From NCBI GenBank assembly GCA_963721895.1, contig CAVRLZ010000030.1:207668-231667 (forward strand): a stretch of 24,000 nt of DNA, given 5' to 3'. The stretch is from an uncultured Chloroflexia bacterium (lineage in GTDB: Bacteria > Chloroflexota > Anaerolineae > Ardenticatenales > Ardenticatenaceae). The position numbers and the translations under genes were made by a program. The notes under the pieces were generated by a model, which worked only from the letters and a program-made list of their open reading frames with translations, was not told the DNA's origin and made no database searches. Shown here piece by piece: positions 17,571 through 24,000 of the stretch (position 1 is the first letter of the stretch; the number at the start of each line of letters is the position of its first letter).

Positions 17571-18669
17571 TGCGCTGCGTCTCGCTTCCGTTGGCCAGAT
17601 CGTGCAGCATCGCTTCCACACGCGCCGCCGCATCCGGTCGGGCTGCTGCCCGCATGACGTCCCGCATCCCTGCTAGCCTTTCCTCGTCTGCCAGCAGACC
17701 CTGCACCATCGGCAGCAGTGCCTGGCGAACATGCTCGTCTGCCAGCACCCTCGCGCCGCCGCGCGCCTCCAGCCAGCGAGCGTTGTCCTCCTGGTTCACG
17801 CCCGCCACGGGGAACGGGACCAGGATGGCGGGTAGCCCTGCGGCGGGAAGTTCCCCCAGCACCGACGCCCCCGCCCGCGCCACCGCCAGATCCGCTGCCA
17901 GCAAAGCGTGCGGCATCGTCTCGTGCAGGTACTCATACAGGTGGTAGCGCTCGCGCAGGGCCAGTGGTAGCTCCGCCCGTTGCTGGGCCAGCCACTTGCC
18001 ATCGCTTTTGCCATGTACGTGGACGACCTGCGCCATCTGTACGTACTCCAGCAAGGAAAGGCCGAGCGCCTCGTTCAAGCTGTGTGACCCCTGGCTGCCG
18101 CCCATGACCAGCAGTACCTTGTCGCTCTGCGATAAGCCTAGCCGCTCGCGCGCCATCGCCCTGGAGGGCGGGTGGGCTAGCGCTTGCCGCACGGGATACC
18201 CGGTCACCACCGCCTTGCTGCCGAACCAGCGGACCGTGTCCGAGGTGGTCACCGCCACCCGATTGGCAAGCGGGGCGAGCGCTCGGATGGCCAGCCCCGG
18301 CACGATATCTGGCAGATAGATGGCGATGGGGATGCGCTGCAGCCAGGCTGCCAGCCCCACGGGAAAGGTCACATAGCCCCCTGTCGCAAAGACCACGTCG
18401 GGGCGAAAGGCGCGCAGCACGCCCCACGCCTCCCCAAAGCCACGGCTTAGCAACACGCTGTTTCGCAGCCGCGCCCCCCACCCCATCGAAGCCAGCCCCC
18501 CTGCCGAGATGGAGCGGTAGGGGATGCCCGCGCGCTCCACCAGTGGCCCTTCCAGCCCCCCCTGCTTTCCCACCCAGAGAATTTCCGGCCTGGGCTGCCA
18601 TGCTTCCAGCACGCTGAGCGCTGGGTACACGTGCCCGCCCGTACCGCCGCCTGTCACCAGCAATCGCAT
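17563..18669 (-). CDS. murG: UDP-N-acetylglucosamine--N-acetylmuramyl-(pentapeptide) pyrophosphoryl-undecaprenol GlcNAc transferase (MurG)
   Basis: LLVTGGGTGGHVYPAL, GYVTFPVGLAAWLQ, LLVMGGSQGSHSLNEAL, ADLAVARAGASVLGELPAAGLPAILVPFPVAGVNQEDNARWL. Confidence 0.95.
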   Translation of the reverse strand: MRLLVTGGGTGGHVYPALSVLEAWQPRPEILWVGKQGGLEGPLVERAGIPYRSISAGGLASMGWGARLRNSVLLSRGFGEAWGVLRAFRPDVVFATGGYVTFPVGLAAWLQRIPIAIYLPDIVPGLAIRALAPLANRVAVTTSDTVRWFGSKAVVTGYPVRQALAHPPSRAMARERLGLSQSDKVLLVMGGSQGSHSLNEALGLSLLEYVQMAQVVHVHGKSDGKWLAQQRAELPLALRERYHLYEYLHETMPHALLAADLAVARAGASVLGELPAAGLPAILVPFPVAGVNQEDNARWLEARGGARVLADEHVRQALLPMVQGLLADEERLAGMRDVMRAAARPDAAARVEAMLHDLANGSETQRNG

Positions 18670-18672
18670 GGA

Positions 18673-19839
18673 TTACTCTGTTGCTGGCGCGGGAAGCGCG
18701 CGCGAGATGTTCAGCAACAGACCGATGCCTGCCAGCGCCGTGATCAGCCCACTACCGCCAAAGGAGATAAAGGGCAGCGGAATGCCTGTTGGCGGGATGG
18801 TGTTGGTCACCACAGCGAAGTTGAAAAGCGCTTGATACAGGAGCCAGCAGCTGATGCCGCTTGCCAGTACCGTGCCAAAGGCGTCGGGCGCGGTGGCCGC
18901 GATGCGAAAGCCCCGATACGCCAACAGTAAGAACAGGCCGAGCACCAGCAGGCAGGTGAGCAGCCCCAACTCTTGCCCGATGATCGCCACGATGGCGTCG
19001 GTATGGGCAGCAGGCAGCGCCAGCAGGTTGCCCTTGCTGCTCCCTAACCCTTCGCCCATGAGGCCCCCCTGCGCGAGCGAGTAGAGCACCTGGGTGGTCT
19101 GATACCCCTGTTCGCTTTCCAGGGCCCAGGGGTCGCGCCAGACCACGAAGCGCTCCATACGGTAGGCGGCACTTTGCGCGACCCCGTAGGCCAATAGGGC
19201 GGCGGCACTGCCGCTGACTGTCAGCTGGATGATATCGGCCCCGGCTACAAAGAACATCGTCGTAGCCACCACGCCCACCAGCAGCGCGGTCGAGAAGCTT
19301 GGCTGGATGAGGATGAGGCCGCACACCCCCCCGACCAGGATGATGAAGGGGATCAGCCCGCCCTGGAAGTGGCCGATGCGCTCCTGCTTGGAGGAGGACC
19401 AGTGGGCCACGTACAGGATCGTTGCCAGCTTGGCAGCCTCTGATGGCTGCACGGAGCCGCCTGCCAGGAGCCAGCGTGCTGCCCCGAACGAGGTCTGGCC
19501 GATAAAGAACATAGCCATCAGAATGAGTACGGTGCCCCCCATGATGACGAGGCTCCATCGCTGCCAGACGCGGTAATCAATGATCCACAGCACCAGCATG
19601 GCCAGCGCGCCTACCCCCGCCCAGGTGAGTTGGCGCACCAGATACACTGTGGTTTCGCCTGAAAAGTTATAGTAGGAAAGGGCGTAGGTCGAGCTGTAGA
19701 CCATCAGCAGGCCTAGCGTTACCAGCGCGACGACCGTGGCCAACAGCCACCAATCGCTGCTGCGCCCTGGCTTTGCCCCGGCCTTGCGACGCTTGCTCTG
19801 CTGGGTGGATGATAGAGGGGGAAGTGCTGCTTGTGCCAT
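18673..19839 (-). CDS. ftsW: Peptidoglycan glycosyltransferase/division protein FtsW (SEDS family)
   Basis: LGLLMVYSSTYALSYYNF, GGSVQPSEAAKLATILYVA, ERFVVWRDPWA, TGIPLPFISFGGSGLITAL. Confidence 0.95.
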   Translation of the reverse strand: MAQAALPPLSSTQQSKRRKAGAKPGRSSDWWLLATVVALVTLGLLMVYSSTYALSYYNFSGETTVYLVRQLTWAGVGALAMLVLWIIDYRVWQRWSLVIMGGTVLILMAMFFIGQTSFGAARWLLAGGSVQPSEAAKLATILYVAHWSSSKQERIGHFQGGLIPFIILVGGVCGLILIQPSFSTALLVGVVATTMFFVAGADIIQLTVSGSAAALLAYGVAQSAAYRMERFVVWRDPWALESEQGYQTTQVLYSLAQGGLMGEGLGSSKGNLLALPAAHTDAIVAIIGQELGLLTCLLVLGLFLLLAYRGFRIAATAPDAFGTVLASGISCWLLYQALFNFAVVTNTIPPTGIPLPFISFGGSGLITALAGIGLLLNISRALPAPATE

Positions 19840-19845
19840 GTTCGT

Positions 19846-21239
19846 TTAATAGTCCAACGATAGCTGATTGACGAGGTGGCGGAACTGCTCGCCACGCGCC
19901 TCGTAGTCTTTGTAAGCGTCGAACGAGGTGCCGCTCGGGCTGAGCAGCACCACATCGCCTGGCTGCGCGATGGCACTGGCCTGTGTCACCGCCTCCTCCA
20001 GCGTCGCGCAGGCGGTCGGGGAACGCTCCGCCCGCTCCCGTTCAATTGCTGCTGGGCTTCCAGCACCGCCTGCTCGATCAGCGGTGCCATCTCGCCGAAG
20101 GTAACCAGGTGCTTCACGCGGGTCACGATCTCGCGCCCCATCTCATCCATCGGCAGATGCTTGTCCCGCCCGCCCGCCAGCAGGATGATCGGTGCGTTGG
20201 GGAAGGCGCGCAGGGCCGCCAGGGTTCGGTCCGGGCTGGTGGCAATCGAATCGTTGATCCAGCGCACGCCTCCCACCTCGCGCACCCGCTCCAGGCGGTG
20301 CGCGACGCCGGCAAAGGTTTCCCCCACGCGCGCGGCACTTGTCGCCTTCAGCCCCGTCGCCGTCACCACGCTGATGGCAGCCAGGGCGTTTTCCAGGTTG
20401 TGGGCGCCTGGCAGGGCCAGGGCCTCCACAGGCATGATGCGCTCCGCCCTGCCGCCATGCTTCACTACGATCCAGCCCTCTTCCACGCAGGTGCCATCGT
20501 TCAGGCACTCCTGGCGGCTGAACCACAGCACGCGCGCCTCGGTCAGCGTGGCCAGTTCGCGTACCTCTGGGTCGTCCCAGTTCAGCACCGCCACGTCGTC
20601 GGCGCTTTGAAAGCGCAGGATGTTCGCTTTGGCCGCCTTGTAGGCCTCGTACGAAGGGTGACGATCCAGATGATTGGGGCGCAGGTTGGTGATGACCGCC
20701 ACATGGGGGCTGCGGCTCAGGTGCTCCAATTGGAAGCTAGACATTTCTAGCACCACCCAATCGCTGGCCTTCATCTCTTCAACATGTTCGATGAGCGGGC
20801 GGCCCATATTGCCGCCGACCCAAATTTTGCGCCGCCGATCTACCTTCAGCATCTCGCCGATGAGCGTGGTGGTGGTCGTCTTGCCGCTGGACCCCGTGAT
20901 GCCGATGATAGGCGCGGGGCAGAGCTGGAAGAGCAATTCCGTCTCGCTGGACAGCGGCAGCCCCCGGTGACGCGCCTTTTGCAGGATCGGGATTTCCCGC
21001 GGAACCCCGGGGCTGACGAACAGCATATCCGCCTCCAGAATGTCGTCCGGGTGGCCACGCAGCACTGCCTGAATGGGCAACCCCGCCAACTGACCGATCT
21101 CGGCAGCCAGGTCAGCGATACCGCGCATGTCGCTCACCGTCACGCGCGCGCCCTCGCGCGCCAGAAAGCGCGCCAGCGCCGTTCCCTCGCGTGCCATGCC
21201 AATGATCGTCACCCGCCGGTCAGCAAATGTGGTGTTCAT
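19846..21239 (-). CDS. murD: UDP-N-acetylmuramoylalanine--D-glutamate ligase (MurD), split by an apparent frameshift near 20043-20056
   Basis: VTIIGMAREGTALARFLA, PIIGITGSSGKTTTTTLIGEML, VLEMSSFQLEHL, NDSIATSPDRTLAAL; C-terminus in another frame reads ATLEEAVTQASAIAQPGDVVLLSPSGTSFDAYKDYEARGEQFRHLVNQL to TAA at 19846-19848. Alternative GTG start at 21257. Confidence 0.93.
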
Positions 21240-21258
21240 CTCCTCGCTCCGTTCCACG

Positions 21259-22275
21259 CTACAGCATTGCCAGCGCGACGCCCATCATCCCAGCCAGCAT
21301 CGAAACGATCCAGAAGCGCTGCACAATCTGCACCTCGCTCCATCCGAGTAGCTCGAAGTGGTGGTGCAGCGGCGCCATCTTGAAGATACGTTTGCCCGTT
21401 CCCGTACGCCGCTTGGTCCACTTGAAATAACTTGTCTGGAGCAGCGAACTGCCTGCAATGGCAACAAAGACGATGCCCACGATGGGCAACAACGGCCACT
21501 GCAGCGTCATCAGCGCCACCGTGCTCAACGTGGCGCCAATCGCCAGCGAGCCCGTGTCCCCCATGAACAGCTGGGCGGGGTAAGAGTTGAACCAGAGAAA
21601 GGCCAGGGTACCCCCCGCCATGCAGAAGCAGAAGGTAGCGAGGTGGACATTCCCCTGCCGCAGCGCGATCACGCCGTAGCTGGCAAAACTAATGGCAGCG
21701 GTGCCGCCCACCATCCCATCCAGCCCATCCGCCAGATTGACTGCGTTCGAGAACCCAACAATGATGAACATGGCGACGGGTACATAGAACCAGATAGGCA
21801 GGTTGATTTGAAAGGGGATGGTCGGAAAGACCACCTTGCCCAGGTCCAGCAACCCGGGATGGTACAGGATCAGAGAGGCCACCAGTGCCATGATCGTCTG
21901 CCAGATAAGCTTTTGGCGCGGCAGGATCCCTTCTTTGGCCTTCCCCTGCCGTTTTTGTCGCTGCTTGGCCACGTCGTCGAGCACGCCGAGCGCCCCACCA
22001 AAGATCAGCATTCCCAGCGGCAGGGCCAGCGACGGATAGCGGGGCATGATCAGCAGCGAGCAAAAGATAGTGGTAGGCAGCAGGATCATGAGGCCCCCCA
22101 TGGTGGGGGTGCCTGCCTTGGAAAAGTGCGTTTGCGGCCCCTCGAGCCGGATGGCTTCGCCGATCTGCCGTCGCCGTAGGTAGTTGATCAGGGGGGAGCC
22201 CCAGACTACGGCGAACAAGAAGGAGGCAAAGCCAAGCGCCAGCGCAAGGGCGGTGTCCGGGCGGAAGAGGGTCAA
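21259..22275 (-). CDS. mraY: Phospho-N-acetylmuramoyl-pentapeptide-transferase (MraY); TTG start overlapping the murF stop
   Basis: GPQTHFSKAGTPTMGGLMIL, GFSNAVNLADGLDG, FMGDTGSLAIG, KMAPLHHHFELLGWSEVQIVQRFW. Confidence 0.97.
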   Translation of the reverse strand: MTLFRPDTALALALGFASFLFAVVWGSPLINYLRRRQIGEAIRLEGPQTHFSKAGTPTMGGLMILLPTTIFCSLLIMPRYPSLALPLGMLIFGGALGVLDDVAKQRQKRQGKAKEGILPRQKLIWQTIMALVASLILYHPGLLDLGKVVFPTIPFQINLPIWFYVPVAMFIIVGFSNAVNLADGLDGMVGGTAAISFASYGVIALRQGNVHLATFCFCMAGGTLAFLWFNSYPAQLFMGDTGSLAIGATLSTVALMTLQWPLLPIVGIVFVAIAGSSLLQTSYFKWTKRRTGTGKRIFKMAPLHHHFELLGWSEVQIVQRFWIVSMLAGMMGVALAML

Positions 22276-23724
22276 GGGGCTCCCTCAGCGATGCTAAGCC
22301 AGCTCACCAACTCGTCCAGCCGCAGCGCCCGCGATCCCTTGACCAGCACCATGTCGCCCGGTTGAAGATGGGTGCGGAGCCAGGCTGCCGCCTCCTGGCG
22401 AGTGGCGGCGGCAAACGTGGCAGCGGCAGGCAGCCCGGCGTCCTGCGCCTCAGCTACCATCTCCGCCGCCATCTCGCCCACTGCCACAAAGAGGCTGGCC
22501 ACGAGGGCCGCGCGCCGCGCGGCCAGGGCGTGCCCTTCGGCATGATAGGCACCCAGTTCTCGCATGTCCCCCAGCACAGCGATGCGCCGTCCGTCCAGGT
22601 CTTGAAGCAGATTGAGCGCGGCCAGCACGCTGTCCGGGCTGGCGTTGTAGCTGTCGTCCAGGATAGTGGAGCCATTGATCCCCTCCACGACGACGATGCG
22701 CAGCACATCCAGTCTTGGCGATGTCTTTCAAGCCGGAAACAATCTCGGCCCAGCTTTGCCCCTGAGAGAGCCCCACGCTTGCGGCAGCCAGCGCGGAGTG
22801 GACGCTGTGCCGCCCAAGCAGGGGAAGCCGCGCCACCACGCTGCTTTGTCCGTAGTGAAAGCGAAAGGCGATTCCGTCTAAGCCATGACTGGTGATCTCG
22901 TCTGCCCAGAGCGAGAAGGTGGGCTGAAGCCCATAGGTAAAGACTGTGCCCTGGGTCCGATCGGCCATGGCGAGGACGCGCTCATCGTCGCCGTTCAAAA
23001 TTGCGATGGAGCCGTCGGCCAAACTTTCTACCAACTCCGCCTTGGCATCGGCAATCGCCTCGATGGAACCAAGCTGCATCATGTGGGCACTGCCCACGTT
23101 GGTCACTACCCCGATGTCGGGGCGCACCAGGGCGGCCAGTTCACGAATCTCGCCTGCGCGCGTCATGCCCATCTCCACCACCGCCCGCTCGGTATCCAGG
23201 GGCATGTCCAGCAGGGTGAGGGGCAGGCCGATATCGCTGTTAAAGTTGCCGCGGCTTTTCCACACCCGGAAGCGATTTTCCAGCACCACGCTGGTTAGCT
23301 CTTTGACTGTGGTCTTTCCCACCGAGCCGGTGATGCCTATCACCTTCAACTCGGGGTTTGCCTGGTTGCGCCACCAGGCGGCCAGGGCCTGCATTGCCGC
23401 CAGGCTGTCTTCCACCAGAAAGAGGAGCGGCGGCTGAAGCGATGCCGGCTCGCTCGCGCTCTCGCTCGTCAGGTCAATCACCTGGACATTCAAGCTGGCC
23501 TGGTCGGTGCGGGCACGCTCCGCTACCACGACTGCCGCTCCCCGCTGAAGCGCATCCCCTATAAATTGATGCCCATCCACCGAGCCGCCGGGCCGCGCCA
23601 CGAAGCCGCCGCCGCGCTCCACCGCCTTGCTGTGAATCACCCAGGGGGAAACGATCTGGCCGCCCATCCCTTCCGGGGCGGGGCGGCCTGTCAGCCCTGC
23701 GTAAACCTGCGCGAGAGAGATCAT
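22272..23724 (-). CDS. murF: UDP-N-acetylmuramoyl-tripeptide--D-alanyl-D-alanine ligase (MurF), split by an apparent frameshift near 22700-22722
   Basis: VIGITGSVGKTTVKELTSVVL, GNFNSDIGLPLTLL, VEMGMTRAGEIRELAALVRPDIGVVTNVGSAHM; the other frame supplies LRIVVVEGINGSTILDDSYNASPDSVLAALNLL...HLQPGDMVLVKGSRALRLDELV. Start ATG at 23724. Confidence 0.93.
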
Positions 23725-23729
23725 GCTGA

Positions 23730-24000
23730 CTAGGGCGCTCCGTTGAGCACGGAGGGCTCCGAGGCGGGAATGGTCGTTGGCGCGGCGGGCCGCGCCATGC
23801 GGTGTGCATCCGGCGGGATGTTGTAGTAATTCAGGACGCGGCGGGCGAGTTGATTCCACACGCGGGCCGCGCTCTGCGAGCCCCACTGATAGATGCCGAG
23901 CGGCCGCTCCAGCTTTACCAGGACGATGAATGCCGGGTCATCGGCGGGGGCGAAGCCTATAAAACTGGCGATCGTGTCGGTGGCGTGGTAGCCGCCGGGG
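23730..24000 (-). CDS. ftsI: Penicillin-binding transpeptidase (FtsI/PBP), C-terminal fragment; 5' end lies beyond the window
   Basis: Manual translation from the window edge gives GGYHATDTIASFIGFAPADDPAFIVLVKLERPLGIYQWGSQSAARVWNQLARRVLNYYNIPPD...NGAP then TAG at 23730-23732. Its position before murF fits dcw order. Not present in the supplied ORF track. Confidence 0.82.
   Translation of the reverse strand, partial: PGGYHATDTIASFIGFAPADDPAFIVLVKLERPLGIYQWGSQSAARVWNQLARRVLNYYNIPPDAHRMARPAAPTTIPASEPSVLNGAP

Noticed and set aside
20784-21383. 199-aa + strand ORF antisense to murD, and the similar 273-aa ORF at 21358..22179 antisense to mraY
   Set aside because: Shadow ORFs opposite conserved mur genes.
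23725-23886. N-terminal extension of the murF ORF to 23886
   Set aside because: This segment is the off-frame FtsI C-terminus; MurF begins at MISLAQVYAG (23724).
1-24000. CRISPR arrays, transposases, toxin-antitoxin, phage or defence genes, tRNA/rRNA
   Set aside because: No spaced direct-repeat arrays, DDE/Tyr/Ser recombinase motifs, or RNA gene signatures seen on either strand by eye.

Overview
The window has two blocks that converge at about 9.37-9.79 kb. The left block, on the + strand (1-9370), looks like a carbohydrate sensing, uptake and hydrolysis locus. It contains the C-terminal end of a histidine kinase, a NarL/FixJ response regulator, a stand-alone receiver-domain protein, two sugar-type ABC permeases, a substrate-binding lipoprotein (frameshifted), an FG-GAP/VCBS + ASPIC/UnbV-like lipoprotein, a translationally coupled His-rich membrane protein, a GH4 alpha-galactosidase-like enzyme and a small DUF1059-like protein. 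The right block, on the - strand (9787-24000), is a division and cell wall (dcw) cluster, in transcription order ftsI(partial)-murF-mraY-murD-ftsW-murG-[CvpA-like membrane gene]-murC-murB-ddl-ftsQ-ftsA-ftsZ. The MurG motif pattern and the overall style suggest a Chloroflexota-like genome; this is inference. I found no CRISPR array, mobile element, rRNA or tRNA, and no convincing new defence-type system. The points most worth checking are (i) a non-canonical tubulin signature in FtsZ ([11 protein letters not shown] instead of GGGTGTG-AAPV), (ii) an uncharacterised membrane protein with duplicated HxxEH/HFxWN motifs coupled to the FG-GAP protein, (iii) a CvpA-like gene inside dcw and the absence of murE from its usual place, and (iv) four single-frame shifts (SBP gene, ftsQ, murD, murF), three of them in genes that should be essential, which points to sequencing or assembly indels.
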